A stretch of DNA of 64,000 bases from Dehalococcoidia bacterium (lineage in GTDB: Bacteria > Chloroflexota > Dehalococcoidia > Bin125). A program made the position numbers and the translations under genes. The notes beneath the pieces were generated by a model, which had not been told where the DNA came from, did no database searches, and was given only the letters and a program-made list of their open reading frames with translations. The stretch covers positions 1,920,001 through 1,984,000 of the forward strand of contig CAXXSR010000001.1 of assembly GCA_963662615.2 (NCBI GenBank), in the 5' to 3' direction. Below are positions 29,819 through 40,630 of this stretch, in pieces. The stretch's first letter is position 1. Every line of letters begins with the position of its first letter.

Positions 29819-32800
29819 GTGGCGCGGGAAGGCCGAACGCGGCAACTGGCCCAAGTGGAGCGAGACACCCCCCGATCGCGACCGGTGCGACCGGCGCCGC
29901 CGCCGGGGCTGGACGACACCCCCTACGTGGAGCTTCATCTGCACTCCTGCTTCTCGCTGCTGGACGGCGCCTCCCACATTGACGACCTCGTGGCCGCCGC
30001 CCGGCGCTTTGGGTACCGCGCCCTGGCGCTGACGGACCACAACGGCCTTTACGGTGCCATGGAGTTTGCCCAAGCGCTCCGGGAAGCGGGCATCCGTCCC
30101 ATTACCGGCGTGGAACTGACGGTGGCGGATGCGGACGACCCCGCCGCCGCCCGTTCCCACCTGACGCTGCTGGCCGAGAGTCGCGCCGGCTATCGCAACC
30201 TCTGCCGCCTGGTGAGCATTGCCTACGGCTTGCGCTTGGAAGACGCGCGGGCGAAGGAGCGTCGCCGCCGCGATCCCTGGGTGGCGATGGCGGAGATACC
30301 GCAGCATAGCGCCGGGCTGATCGCGCTGACGGGGTGCCGCCAGGGCCGCGTCCCCTCGCTCCTCCACAGCGGCGACAGCGCCGAAGCCGCCGCTGCGCTG
30401 CGACAGCTCATTGCCTGGTTCGGCCGCCGCAACGTCTTCGTTGAACTGCAGGACAACCTGGTCTACGGCGACGCCCCTCGCAACCGGGCGCTCGTGGCGC
30501 TGGGGGAGCGCTTGGGGATCGGCGTGGTGGGAACGGGGAACGTGCACTACCACGAACGGGCACGGCACCGTCTCCAGGACGTGCTCGTCGCCATCCGACA
30601 TCGCAAGACGCTGGATGAATCGCACCAAGAGCGCCGCCCCAACGACGAGTTCTTCTTGCGCTCACCGGAAGAGCAGGCTCAGCGCTTCAGCGCGTATCAC
30701 CCGGAGGCGGCGCGGAACGCCGTGCGCATCGCCCAGCGATGCGCCTTCGACATCACCGAGGACCTGGGCTACCGCCTCCCCTCGCCACTGCTGCCCAACG
30801 GCCAGTCGCCGCTGGACCGTCTCCAGCAGATCTGCACGGCGGCGTTGCGGGAGCGCTACACCACGCCGCCTGAGCGAGAGCGCGCCGCGGCGCGGCTACA
30901 AGAGGAGCTGCAATTGATCGCCCAGCACGACCTGGGCGGGTTTTTCCTCATCTATCACGAGGTGTTCGAACTGGCCAAGCAGGTTGCAGAAGAGGTGCGA
31001 GGCGAGAGCCGGGCCCGCCGCGCCGCCAACCTCCCCGTGGGCCGGGGCCGCGGCTCCTCGGTGGCGTCGATCGTCTGCTACTTGATCGGGCTCTCACACA
31101 TCGACCCTGTCCGCAACAACCTTTTCCTGGGCCGGTTCCTCAACCAAGAGCTGCACTCCCTCCCCGACATTGACCTGGATTTCCCCCGCGACATCCGCGA
31201 ACGGCTGATCGAGCGTGTCTACGAGCGCTGGGGGCGAGAGCACGCCACGCTGGTCGCTTCCTTCCCGACCTATCGAATGCGGAGCGCGATCCGTGATGTG
31301 GGCAAGGCGCTCGGTTTGCCCCTCGTGGAGCTGGGCCGGTTGGGTCGGCTCACCGGGCCCTATCAGTCCGTGCAGGATCTCCGCCAGGAACTGCGCCGCT
31401 GTCCGGAGTTCGCCCATCGGGAGGAGGCGCCCGTCTGGCGCGACCTCATTGCGATCGCGCCGCAGCTGGAGGGGTTCCCCCGTCACCTCTCGGAGCACGT
31501 GGGGGGCATGGTGATCGCCTCGGAACCACTCATTGACTGCGTGCCCTGCCAGCCGGCCGCGTGGCCGGGCCGCTACGTCTGTCAGTGGGACAAAGACAGC
31601 GTGGACGACGCGCGCATGGTGAAGATCGACTTCCTCGCGCTGGGCATGCTCTCCGCGGTGGAAGAGACGATCGCCCTGATCGCGGAGAGCCACGGACACG
31701 TTGAGGATCTCTCCCGCATCGATTTCGACGACCCGGCCGTCTACGACGACATCCGCAACGGGGATACTGTGGGCGTCTTCCAGATCGAATCCCGGGCGCA
31801 GATCGCCATGTTGCCGCGAACGCAGCCACGAAATCTTGACGATCTCGCGGTGCAGGTGGCCATTGTCCGGCCCGGCCCCATTGTTGGCGGCGCCGTGAAC
31901 CCCTACGTCCGGCAGCGTGAGCGCCAGCGCGCTGATCCCAGCCACGTTCCCGTGATGCCGCACGAGTGTCTCCGCCCTGTCTTGAAGGAGACGCTGGGAG
32001 TGGTGATCTTCCAGGAGCAGGTGCTGCAGGTAGCCCAGACCATGGCCGGCTTTACGCCGGGCGAGGCCGAACACTTCCGGCGAGCGATGAGCCGGAAACG
32101 GGCCTCTCAGCTCATGGAGCGCTACCGCGAACGGTTCCTGAGTGGCGCCGCTCAGCGCGGGGTGTCCTCCGCTGTGGCCACGCGCGTCTTCGACACTCTC
32201 TTGGGATTCGCGGAGTTCGGCTTTCCCAAGAGCCATGCCGCCGCCTTCGCCCTGCTCGCGTACCAAACAGCATGGTTGAAACACACCTATCCGGCGGAGT
32301 TCTTCTGTGGGCTGTTCAACAACCAACCCATGGGGTTCTATCCACCCCATGTGCTCACGAACGACGCGAAACGGCACGGAATCGTAGTGCGGCGGCCGGA
32401 CATCAACCGCAGCCGCCCCGTCTGCACCGTGGAGGACGCACGAGAAAGTCGCGGTGCGGTCCGTATTGGCTTGGGCTACGTGCGATATGTGGGCGACGCG
32501 GGCGGCACCGCGATTGCGCGCGAACGGGAGCGAGGCGGACCCTACCGATCGCTCTTCGACTTCGTGCAACGGACGGGGCTCTCACGCCGAGCGACCGAGA
32601 GCCTGATCCGCATTGGCGCCTTCGATCACTTCGGCCTCAACCGCCGTGAGTTGGTCTGGCAACTGGGGCTGTTCGGAGCCGGACTGGAGCGCAGCACGCT
32701 CCGCCTGCCTCAACGGCGCCAGCTCCGCCTCCCGCTGCCCACCGACCAGGACGTGGTCCCGCTGCCTGACTTCACCCCCTATCAGCGGATGGCTGCTGAC

Positions 32801-33193
32801 TACGAAGTGCTTGGCCTCTCACCGGATCGCCACCCCATGCAATTCCTCCGAGCAGCCCTGGGAGAAGGGGTCGCCTCGTCGCGGCACCTGCGCGCCCTGC
32901 CCGCCGGCGCCTCGGTCACGATCGCCGGACTGGTCGTGTGCCGGCAGCGCCCCCTCACGGCCAAGGGCATCGTCTTCCTGCTCCTGGAGGACGAATACGG
33001 TCTCATGAACGTGCTGATCCGGCGAGAACTCGACGAGCAAGAGCGGCCCACCGTACGCGCGGCCATGTTCGTCGTCGCCACAGGCACGCTGGAACAACGC
33101 GCGGGCCAACAGCGCACGATCGTGGCGGCCTCCCTGGAGGAACTGATTCCGGCAAACGCTCTGCGTGCTCCCCCAGGGAAGTCGTGGGGGTGA
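29819..33193 (+). CDS. dnaE2: Error-prone DNA polymerase III alpha, DnaE2
   Basis: YVELHLHSCFSLLDG (PHP), GRGSS, PDIDLDF, QIESRAQ, GFPKSHA, NNQPMGFY, OB fold CRQRP. Confidence 0.93.
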   Translation: MAREGRTRQLAQVERDTPRSRPVRPAPPPGLDDTPYVELHLHSCFSLLDGASHIDDLVAAARRFGYRALALTDHNGLYGAMEFAQALREAGIRPITGVELTVADADDPAAARSHLTLLAESRAGYRNLCRLVSIAYGLRLEDARAKERRRRDPWVAMAEIPQHSAGLIALTGCRQGRVPSLLHSGDSAEAAAALRQLIAWFGRRNVFVELQDNLVYGDAPRNRALVALGERLGIGVVGTGNVHYHERARHRLQDVLVAIRHRKTLDESHQERRPNDEFFLRSPEEQAQRFSAYHPEAARNAVRIAQRCAFDITEDLGYRLPSPLLPNGQSPLDRLQQICTAALRERYTTPPERERAAARLQEELQLIAQHDLGGFFLIYHEVFELAKQVAEEVRGESRARRAANLPVGRGRGSSVASIVCYLIGLSHIDPVRNNLFLGRFLNQELHSLPDIDLDFPRDIRERLIERVYERWGREHATLVASFPTYRMRSAIRDVGKALGLPLVELGRLGRLTGPYQSVQDLRQELRRCPEFAHREEAPVWRDLIAIAPQLEGFPRHLSEHVGGMVIASEPLIDCVPCQPAAWPGRYVCQWDKDSVDDARMVKIDFLALGMLSAVEETIALIAESHGHVEDLSRIDFDDPAVYDDIRNGDTVGVFQIESRAQIAMLPRTQPRNLDDLAVQVAIVRPGPIVGGAVNPYVRQRERQRADPSHVPVMPHECLRPVLKETLGVVIFQEQVLQVAQTMAGFTPGEAEHFRRAMSRKRASQLMERYRERFLSGAAQRGVSSAVATRVFDTLLGFAEFGFPKSHAAAFALLAYQTAWLKHTYPAEFFCGLFNNQPMGFYPPHVLTNDAKRHGIVVRRPDINRSRPVCTVEDARESRGAVRIGLGYVRYVGDAGGTAIARERERGGPYRSLFDFVQRTGLSRRATESLIRIGAFDHFGLNRRELVWQLGLFGAGLERSTLRLPQRRQLRLPLPTDQDVVPLPDFTPYQRMAADYEVLGLSPDRHPMQFLRAALGEGVASSRHLRALPAGASVTIAGLVVCRQRPLTAKGIVFLLLEDEYGLMNVLIRRELDEQERPTVRAAMFVVATGTLEQRAGQQRTIVAASLEELIPANALRAPPGKSWG

Positions 33194-33375
33194 GCCGCCA
33201 CGCAACAGAAGATTGACCCAACCGGCGCTGCCCCCCGCAGCACCCCGCCCCTCTATAATCTTCTCACCCCTCCACTCCGCCCTCCCTCACCGAGGGAGGG
33301 CCGTCCACCTCCAAAGGGGTCCTAGTCGCACGGCGTTCGGACTACTCCCTGACAGGGACAAGGAAACGGTATCCC

Positions 33376-36165
33376 GTGAGCACCACCACCCCGCAGTCAC
33401 CCGCCGACACGGCCCTCTCCGGCAAGCTGGTCTACCCCTTTGGTGGTGGTCATTCGGCAGGCAGTGCGGATCTTCGCAACCTGCTTGGAGGCAAGGGCGC
33501 CGGCCTCGCCGAGATGAGCAATCTCGGGATCCCCGTTCCACCTGGCTTCACCATCACGACCGAGGTCTGCAACGCCTACTACGCCCAGGACCGCACCTAC
33601 CCCACCTCCCTTGCCCCACAAGTTCGTGACGGCATGACCCACATTGAGCAGACGGTGGGCGCGCGCTTCGGCGATCCGACCAACCCGCTCTTGGTCTCGG
33701 TCCGCTCAGGCGCGCGCGTCTCCATGCCCGGCATGATGGATACGGTCCTCAACCTGGGCCTCAACGATGCCACCGTGGAAGGTTTGGCGGCGCGCTCTGG
33801 TGACGCGCGCTTCGCCTACGACTCGTACCGCCGGTTCGTCGCCATGTACGGCGACGTTGTGCTGGGCGTCAAGCGAGAGTCGGCGTTGGATCACGATCCC
33901 TTCGAGGTGATCTTGGACAGGATGAAGCGTGAGCGCGGCGTCAGCTTGGATACGGAGCTCACCGCTCCCGACCTGCGGGAGCTGGTGGCGGAGTACAAGG
34001 CGATAATTCGTGGCCAGCCGGGCCTGGAATTTCCTGACGATCCGTGGGAGCAGCTCTGGGCGGCGATCGGCGCCGTCTTCGATTCGTGGCATAGCCCCCG
34101 CGCCACCGTGTACCGCTCCCTGCACGGGTATCCGTCGGAGTGGGGGACGGCCGCCACGGTGCAGGCCATGGTCTTTGGCAACCTAGGCGATGACTGCGCG
34201 ACCGGCGTTGCCTTCACACGCAATCCGAAGACGGGGGACCGCGGCCTTTTCGGCGAGTTTCTGATCAACGCGCAGGGCGAGGACGTCGTCGCAGGGGTGC
34301 GCACGCCGCAGCCGATTCGCGCAGCAGACCAAGCCGCGGACCAAACGCCGGGCGAGGCGGCCTCACTGGAAGAGGCCCTCCCACAGATCTATGGCGACCT
34401 TACCCGGGCCTGTTCGACCCTAGAGGAACACTTCCGGGACATGCAGGACATTGAGTTCACCGCCCAGCAAGGGACGCTCTGGATCCTGCAGACACGCGCG
34501 GGGAAGCGTACCGGCCAGGCGATGGTGAAGATCGCGGTTGACCAGGTGGAAGAGGAGCTCATTGACCAGCGCACCGCGCTTCTGCGTCAGGATCCGGAGC
34601 GGATCGCCGAATTCCTCCACCCCATCTTCGACGCTTCGGCGGCGCGCGACGTGATCGCCAAAGGTCTTGCGGCATCGCCCGGTGCGGCGGTCGGCCAAGT
34701 CGCCTTCTCCGCGCAGGAGGCGGCGGAGGTGGCGGCAAGCGGAGCGCCCGCCATCCTCGTTCGTATTGAGACCAGCCCGGAAGATATTGAGGGCATGATC
34801 GCCGCGCAGGGAATCCTCACCGCCCGAGGCGGCATGACCTCGCACGCGGCCGTGGTGGCGCGAGGGTGGGGAAAGTGCTGCGTCGTCGGTTGCGGCGCGC
34901 TCGACATCGACTACGAGCGGGGGCGGTTCCGCGTGCGTACGAACGGCGGCGGCGAGCTTGTCGTTCAACGAGGGGACACCATCTCCATCGACGGCAGTAG
35001 CGGCGAGGTCATGCTGGGCTCCGTGCCACTGATTGACCCGACACCACCCCAGGAATGCGATCGGCTCATGGCCTGGGCCGACCCGGCGCGCCACCTGGGC
35101 GTGCGCGCCAACGCGGATACGCCGGAGGATGCCGCCCTGGCGCGGGCGTTCGGCGCGGAGGGGATCGGTCTCTGCCGCACGGAGCACATGTTCTTCGGCG
35201 AGGACCGGATCTTGGCCGTCCGGCAGATGATCTGCGCGGAGGAGGAGGAAGGGCGCCGCGTCGCGCTCGCGAAGATCTTGCCCATGCAGCGGCAGGACTT
35301 CGAAGGCATCTTCCGTGCCATGGCCGGCTTTCCCGTGACCATCCGTCTGCTCGATCCGCCCCTGCATGAGTTCCTCCCCAGAGAGCGGGAGGAGATGAGC
35401 CCGGTCGCGGCGGCGCTGGGCGTGTCCATGGACTACCTGGAGCGCCGCCTGGCCGCGTTGCACGAGGTCAACCCCATGCTCGGACACCGAGGTGTGCGCC
35501 TCGCCTTCACCCACCCCGAGCTCTACGACGTGCAAGCGCAGGCGATCATGGAAGCCGCTTGCGCCCTCGCCGCGGAGGGTCTTCGCGTGGTCCCTGAGAT
35601 CATGATCCCGCTCGTGGGCATGCTGGAAGAGCTCCGACGCGTCCGCGAGCGCATTGTTCGTCTTGCCGAGCGGGTGATGGAGGAGAGCGGGACGCGAGTC
35701 GCCTACACGGTAGGCACCATGATCGAGCTGCCGCGGGCCTGCGTCACCGCCGACGCCATAGCCGAACACGCCGATTTCTTTTCTTTTGGCACCAACGATC
35801 TCACGCAGACCGCCTTCGGCATCTCGCGCGATGATGCGGGGCACTTCCTCCCGACCTACATGGCCCAAGGGATCGTTGATTACGATCCCTTCGTGAAGAT
35901 CGACCGCGAGGGCGTCGGCGAGCTGATGCGCATAGGCGTTGAGAAAGGCCGGCGCGCACGGCCGGATCTGAAAGTGGGCATATGCGGGGAGCACGGCGGC
36001 GACCCGGCATCGATTCAGTTCTGCCACGACGTGGGTCTCGACTACGTCTCCTGCTCGCCCTACCGCGTGCTCATCGCGCGGCTGGCGGCGGCGCAGGCCG
36101 CGCTCAGGGATATCCCGGAAGCGGCGGCGGCCCCGGGACGGGCAAGCGAGGACGGCGCCGGCTAG
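33376..36165 (+). CDS. ppdK: Pyruvate, phosphate dikinase
   Basis: LGGKGA, VSVRSGA..SMPGMMDT, GGMTSHAAVVARG, RTEHMF, FSFGTNDLTQ, CGEHGG. Confidence 0.97.
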   Translation: MSTTTPQSPADTALSGKLVYPFGGGHSAGSADLRNLLGGKGAGLAEMSNLGIPVPPGFTITTEVCNAYYAQDRTYPTSLAPQVRDGMTHIEQTVGARFGDPTNPLLVSVRSGARVSMPGMMDTVLNLGLNDATVEGLAARSGDARFAYDSYRRFVAMYGDVVLGVKRESALDHDPFEVILDRMKRERGVSLDTELTAPDLRELVAEYKAIIRGQPGLEFPDDPWEQLWAAIGAVFDSWHSPRATVYRSLHGYPSEWGTAATVQAMVFGNLGDDCATGVAFTRNPKTGDRGLFGEFLINAQGEDVVAGVRTPQPIRAADQAADQTPGEAASLEEALPQIYGDLTRACSTLEEHFRDMQDIEFTAQQGTLWILQTRAGKRTGQAMVKIAVDQVEEELIDQRTALLRQDPERIAEFLHPIFDASAARDVIAKGLAASPGAAVGQVAFSAQEAAEVAASGAPAILVRIETSPEDIEGMIAAQGILTARGGMTSHAAVVARGWGKCCVVGCGALDIDYERGRFRVRTNGGGELVVQRGDTISIDGSSGEVMLGSVPLIDPTPPQECDRLMAWADPARHLGVRANADTPEDAALARAFGAEGIGLCRTEHMFFGEDRILAVRQMICAEEEEGRRVALAKILPMQRQDFEGIFRAMAGFPVTIRLLDPPLHEFLPREREEMSPVAAALGVSMDYLERRLAALHEVNPMLGHRGVRLAFTHPELYDVQAQAIMEAACALAAEGLRVVPEIMIPLVGMLEELRRVRERIVRLAERVMEESGTRVAYTVGTMIELPRACVTADAIAEHADFFSFGTNDLTQTAFGISRDDAGHFLPTYMAQGIVDYDPFVKIDREGVGELMRIGVEKGRRARPDLKVGICGEHGGDPASIQFCHDVGLDYVSCSPYRVLIARLAAAQAALRDIPEAAAAPGRASEDGAG

Positions 36166-36222
36166 CGCTGGTCACGGGCCGTCTCCCCAAGCCCGCGACG
36201 GTGGACCAACGATCTCGTCTGG

Positions 36223-37713
36223 CTACGGTGGCTGCGCCTCGGCGCGTTCGTCGCGGGAACGGGCTTCGGGGGCCGCCCGCGGGGCCCTGCCCGTGAAGCC
36301 ACGGTTCTCGCGGCCTCCGCCAATTGGCAAGGTGATTCGGAAGATCGTGCCCACGCCTACCTCGCTCTCCGCCCCAATCTCACCCCCTTGTGCCTGCACG
36401 ATCTCGCGCGAAATGGCCAAACCAAGCCCGGTACCCCGCCGCCGCGCGGTGCTGCGCGCCCGGTAGAAGCGTTCGAAGAGAGGCCCCAGCTCGTCCGGGG
36501 GGATGCCCTCGCCCGTATCGCGCACCGTGAGGGCCACCTCCCCACCTTCCCGCGAGGCGCCCAGGGTGACGCCTCCCTCGCGGGTATGCTCCATCGCGTT
36601 GTCCACGAGATTCGTGAGCACCTGCACCATGCGGTCGAAATCGCAGGAGATGACCGGCAGGGGGTTCGCCACCTCGACGCGCAGATCGAGGCCAGCGTCG
36701 GCCGCGCGCTGTTCGAAAACATCGGCGACGTGCGTCAGGAGCTCCGCAGGATCGACGTTCTCCCGCCGCAGGCGGAACTCGCCCGCCTGCATGCGCGAGA
36801 GGTCCAGCAGATCCTCCACAAGGCGGAGCATGCGGCGGGCCTCATCATCGATGACCTGCACGGAGCGGCGCCGCTGCTGCTCATCCTGCACGGTGCCGTC
36901 GATCAGCGCTTGCGTGAACCCCCGAATGGCGGTGAGGGGCGTGCGAAGCTCATGATTCACGTCCGCCATGAAGTCTTGCAGGGTGCGCTCGTTCGCCTGG
37001 ACTTGTGCGGTCATTCGGTTCAGGGCCCGCGCCAGCTCTCGGGTCTCATCCGGCCGCTCCTCGGGCACGCGCACGTCGTACTGGCCACCTCCCACCGCGC
37101 GGAGCGCACCCGTGAGGCGGTGCAGAGGGTTATAGATCGAACGGCCGATCAGCAGCCCCACGAGGAGGGCGACTCCGAACCCAATGAGGCCGCTAATCAG
37201 GAGGCGCGGCAGCAGGTCGCCGACCACGCCCGAAGCCCCGGCGCCCGGCACGGCAATGGCGACAAAGGCCGCGCCGCGAAAGCGGGTCACCGGTACCAGG
37301 CGCGCCAGAAACGGCAGCGATTCTCCGTTCGCCTCGGCCTCACCCGTCAACCACTGCTCTGGACTGCGCCGCACGTCGCGCAAGGTGACGGGAAGCTGGA
37401 GGTCGTTGAAGGCCGCTGCCGACGAGAGATCGCGAACCACTCGACCGTCGGCATCGAGGAGGAAGACCAGCGCACCGGTCTCCTCCGACTGCGCCTCCAA
37501 ATAGCGGGCGAACTCCGGCGCCGAGACGTTGCGCTGGGCAAATTGGTCAACGCCGAAGAGGACTTGATCCGCCACCAGCTGCAACGTGTTTCGGTCCAGG
37601 GCGTCGCGATAGCCGCCCAGCAGGGAGAAGAAAACGATCCCGGTGACTCCCAGAGTCAGGATGATGACGAAGGCAAAGCCACCGAGGATTCGAAGGCTCA
37701 GGCTGCCAAGCAC
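36223..37713 (-). CDS. HAMP-domain sensor histidine kinase (HisKA)
   Basis: Two TMs, HAMP, NHELRTPL, NLVDNA, DTGEGI, GTGLGL. Confidence 0.92.
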   Translation of the reverse strand: MLGSLSLRILGGFAFVIILTLGVTGIVFFSLLGGYRDALDRNTLQLVADQVLFGVDQFAQRNVSAPEFARYLEAQSEETGALVFLLDADGRVVRDLSSAAAFNDLQLPVTLRDVRRSPEQWLTGEAEANGESLPFLARLVPVTRFRGAAFVAIAVPGAGASGVVGDLLPRLLISGLIGFGVALLVGLLIGRSIYNPLHRLTGALRAVGGGQYDVRVPEERPDETRELARALNRMTAQVQANERTLQDFMADVNHELRTPLTAIRGFTQALIDGTVQDEQQRRRSVQVIDDEARRMLRLVEDLLDLSRMQAGEFRLRRENVDPAELLTHVADVFEQRAADAGLDLRVEVANPLPVISCDFDRMVQVLTNLVDNAMEHTREGGVTLGASREGGEVALTVRDTGEGIPPDELGPLFERFYRARSTARRRGTGLGLAISREIVQAQGGEIGAESEVGVGTIFRITLPIGGGRENRGFTGRAPRAAPEARSRDERAEAQPP

Positions 37714-37765
37714 GCTGTCGCGCCTTGAGGACGCAGGCCTGCCGCCGTCTGGTGGCGGTGCATGC

Positions 37766-38449
37766 TCATGCCCCGGAATCGGCGACCAGCTTGTAGCCCA
37801 CCCCGCGGACCGTCTCGATACTGACGCCGCGGTCGCCCAACTTGCGCCGGAGCTGGGTCACGTGCACGTCAACGGTGCGTGTCTCGCCGTAATAATCGTA
37901 GCCCCAGACCCGCTCCAGGAGCTGGGCACGGGTCAGGACCATCCCTTCGTGCTCCGCCAGGGCGCGGAGGAGGTCAAACTCCTTCGTCCGCAGCGAGATG
38001 GGATCGTTCCCGACGGTGACTTCGCGGCGAGCCCAGTCAATGGTCAAGGGACCTACGGTCACGGCGCTCCGCGCGCTTTTGCCACCGCCCGCCGCCCGCC
38101 GCAGGATGGCCTTGACGCGCGCGGTGAGTTCACGGGGATTGAACGGTTTGCCCAGATAGTCGTCGGCGCCCAGCTCCAGCCCGACGATCCGATCGACCTC
38201 CTCGGTGCGGGCCGTGAGCATCAGAATCGGCACGTCGGACTCCGCACGAACGATCCGGCACACCTCCAGCCCGTCGATCTCCGGCATCATCAAGTCCAGC
38301 ACGACCAGATCCGGCGATTTGGCGCGGACCACGTTGAGGGCGGCCTGCCCATCCTCCGCCGTCAAGACCTGGAAGCCTTCCTTTTCCAGGTACATCGTTG
38401 CGAGCTCGCGGATGTGCTCTTCATCGTCAGCAACGAGAATCGTCTTCAC
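37766..38449 (-). CDS. OmpR/PhoB family response regulator
   Basis: ILVADDE..LDLMMP..GADDY.GKPF..RTVDVHV..VRGVGY; GGAGGT RBS. Confidence 0.92.
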   Translation of the reverse strand: MKTILVADDEEHIRELATMYLEKEGFQVLTAEDGQAALNVVRAKSPDLVVLDLMMPEIDGLEVCRIVRAESDVPILMLTARTEEVDRIVGLELGADDYLGKPFNPRELTARVKAILRRAAGGGKSARSAVTVGPLTIDWARREVTVGNDPISLRTKEFDLLRALAEHEGMVLTRAQLLERVWGYDYYGETRTVDVHVTQLRRKLGDRGVSIETVRGVGYKLVADSGA

Positions 38450-38744
38450 TGCACCTCCAGCGGAGCCGGCCTCCTGGCCGCCACACGCCAGTCCTTCCGC
38501 TCGCGAGATCGGCCCGTCATCCCTAACGCTATTGTAGATTGCGCGCTCCCACATGCCCCACTCATGCCTTCAGCCACCCCCCGCCGCAGGAAGAACGCCG
38601 CTGATTCCAGTGTGCCCGGCGAAGGTGAGCGGGACGTGTGCGCGATGTTTGCGGGACGTAAATCGGTGCGACCGCCGCCGCCCGGCTGTTCCTGCCGCCG
38701 CTCCGGCGTGGGCGCTGTCTCACAAGCCGAAGGGCGGAGCCTTG

Positions 38745-39977
38745 CTACGGCATGAATCGTTCGTTCGTCGCCACGGCGCCGAAGCCTTGCGCGATGGCAC
38801 CGCCCGGCACATAGATCCGGCCGGCCAGCGGGGCTGCGCCGGTCCCGTGCCGCGGCGTAGGCATTGCCGGGAACGTCTTCCATGCGTCCGCGGTGGGATC
38901 GTAGGCCTCCACCTCGTCGAACACTCCTCAGGCGTCTGCGCGGCTGCCCTCCCCGCCGAAAACGTAGAGCCGCCCATTGAGGACCGCGGCGGCGATGCCG
39001 CCCCGAGGCGTTGGCATGGGCGCGCGAGACGACCACGTGCGCGTGTCGGGATCGAATGCATCCATACGACCATCCACCGTCGCAATCGTGCCGCCACGGC
39101 CGCCGGCAACGAACACCATGCCGCCAATCGCGCCTGCGACCAGATGATCTCGTGGCGCGGGGACGTCAGGCAGGATCTCCCAACTGTCCATAGCGGGATC
39201 GTAGGCAGAGAAATCGCCAACGGCCCCGCTGCGGAAGCCACCTGCAACGTAGATCTTGCCGCCCAGGACAGCCACGCCGGCACCGTCTCGCTCGGTACCC
39301 GCGGGCATGGCCGCTCGCGCGCTCCAGCTGTCGGCGTCGGGGTCGTACTCGAAGGCGCGGCCGTCGGCGGAGAAGGCACCACCAGTCAGGAACCCCACGA
39401 CGTAGAGTCTCCCGTTCACCGCTGCCGTGTTGGCATGGTGCAGGGGCAGCGGGAGCGGTGCGACGGTGCGCCATCGCTCCGTGGCCGGGTCATACGCTTC
39501 CACCGTGGCCACGATGTTGCGCCCCCTGTCAAAGCCGCCCAGCACGTAGATCTCGCCTGCCAGCGCCACCACCGCTGTCTCTTGCCGCGGCCCCGCGGCG
39601 AGCGGCGAGAGTGCTTCCCAGCGCCCCGCTGGTGTGATGCCGCCGACAGCGGCGGGCTCCGCGGCCTCCTCCTTGGGTGCATCTCCGGACCCAGTAGGCG
39701 TGGGCTCGGCGTCCCCCGGCGACGTTGCGTCGGGTGACGGCGGGGATTCATCGCGTCGCTGGGGAGCTCGCTCGCCGGCGGACTCCCCGGTGCGGGCATC
39801 GTCGGGCTCAGGAGTGCGGGCCGAATCCGAGCCGTCCCCGCAAGCGAAGAGCAACGACGCGGCAAGGACGAGGACTGCCGGGGCCGTGCGGAGGATGCGC
39901 GGACCGCTTCGGGCGCTCCCGCGGGAGTGTCTGATCACGTCGCGATACGACCCCCCCGAGAAGGCACCGTTCCCCAC
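38745..39977 (-). CDS. Kelch-repeat lipoprotein with in-frame TGA at 38928-38930
   Basis: Lipobox LLFAC and Kelch repeats (YVxGG..YDP..W); the same frame continues after TGA as GVFDEVEAYDPTADAWKTFPAMPTPRHGTGAAPLAGRIYVPGG to TAG 38745. Confidence 0.8.
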
Positions 39978-40060
39978 GACGACCGGCTATCGAGCGCGCT
40001 GCCGGCCCGGCGGCTGACCCGAGCCCGGGCCGGAGGGAGGCGGCAACGGCGCCGGCCCGG

Positions 40061-40630
40061 TCAGGAGCCGCCGGCTCCGATCTCCTTCGGCGCCCGCGCC
40101 GCAGTCAATTCAGCCGTGAACTTCTTGCGGCCGTTTCGTTCCTTCTCCGTCATCGCCATGACGTCTTCCGGAATCCAGAACGGGATCTCCCTGTCCGCCC
40201 GGCTGGGAGCCAAGAGATCGTCCAGATCCAAGACGAGCTCGCGCCGATCATATGCGCTCTGTTCGTGCCCCTCCCAGAGAGGAAGCATAGCGATGGCGTC
40301 GAAGGGGCAGACCTCTACGCAGATATTGCAGCGCATGCAACGCCCAAAATCGATATAGAAGTCCTCAATGACGGCCTTATGATTGCTCTCCCCAGCTGCG
40401 AATTTCGCATTCTTCGTGAGTGTCGTTGTCATGCAGTCAACCGGGCATGCCTTGACGCATTTTCCGCAGCCGGTGCAGTTGGGCTCCTCCAGCTCATGGT
40501 TCCAAATGAGGTAGGGGAAGGTGCGGGCCCGCTTCGGCAGGGTGCGCTTTTCGTCCGGGTAATGCACCGTTACGGGCTGCTGGGCAAAGATCCTGGCGCT
40601 TCGCGCCATGGCCTTCATGATTCCGCGCAT
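40061..40630 (-). CDS. NuoI-like 2x[4Fe-4S] protein, stand-alone
   Basis: VTVHYP, CTGCGKCVKACP, IDFGRCMRCNICVEVCPFDAI. Confidence 0.85.
   Translation of the reverse strand: MRGIMKAMARSARIFAQQPVTVHYPDEKRTLPKRARTFPYLIWNHELEEPNCTGCGKCVKACPVDCMTTTLTKNAKFAAGESNHKAVIEDFYIDFGRCMRCNICVEVCPFDAIAMLPLWEGHEQSAYDRRELVLDLDDLLAPSRADREIPFWIPEDVMAMTEKERNGRKKFTAELTAARAPKEIGAGGS

Noticed and set aside
33213-33299. TTGACC/TATAAT promoter and CCTCCCTC/GAGGGAGG hairpin upstream of ppdK
   Set aside because: Spacing between hexamers is ~35 nt; the -10 may be real but a full promoter or terminator cannot be supported
34420-36027. Long antisense ORFs (e.g. 34420-36027, 31094-32569, 50869-52803, 44492-45690, 58853-60172)
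   Set aside because: Shadow ORFs opposite clear genes, expected in high-GC DNA
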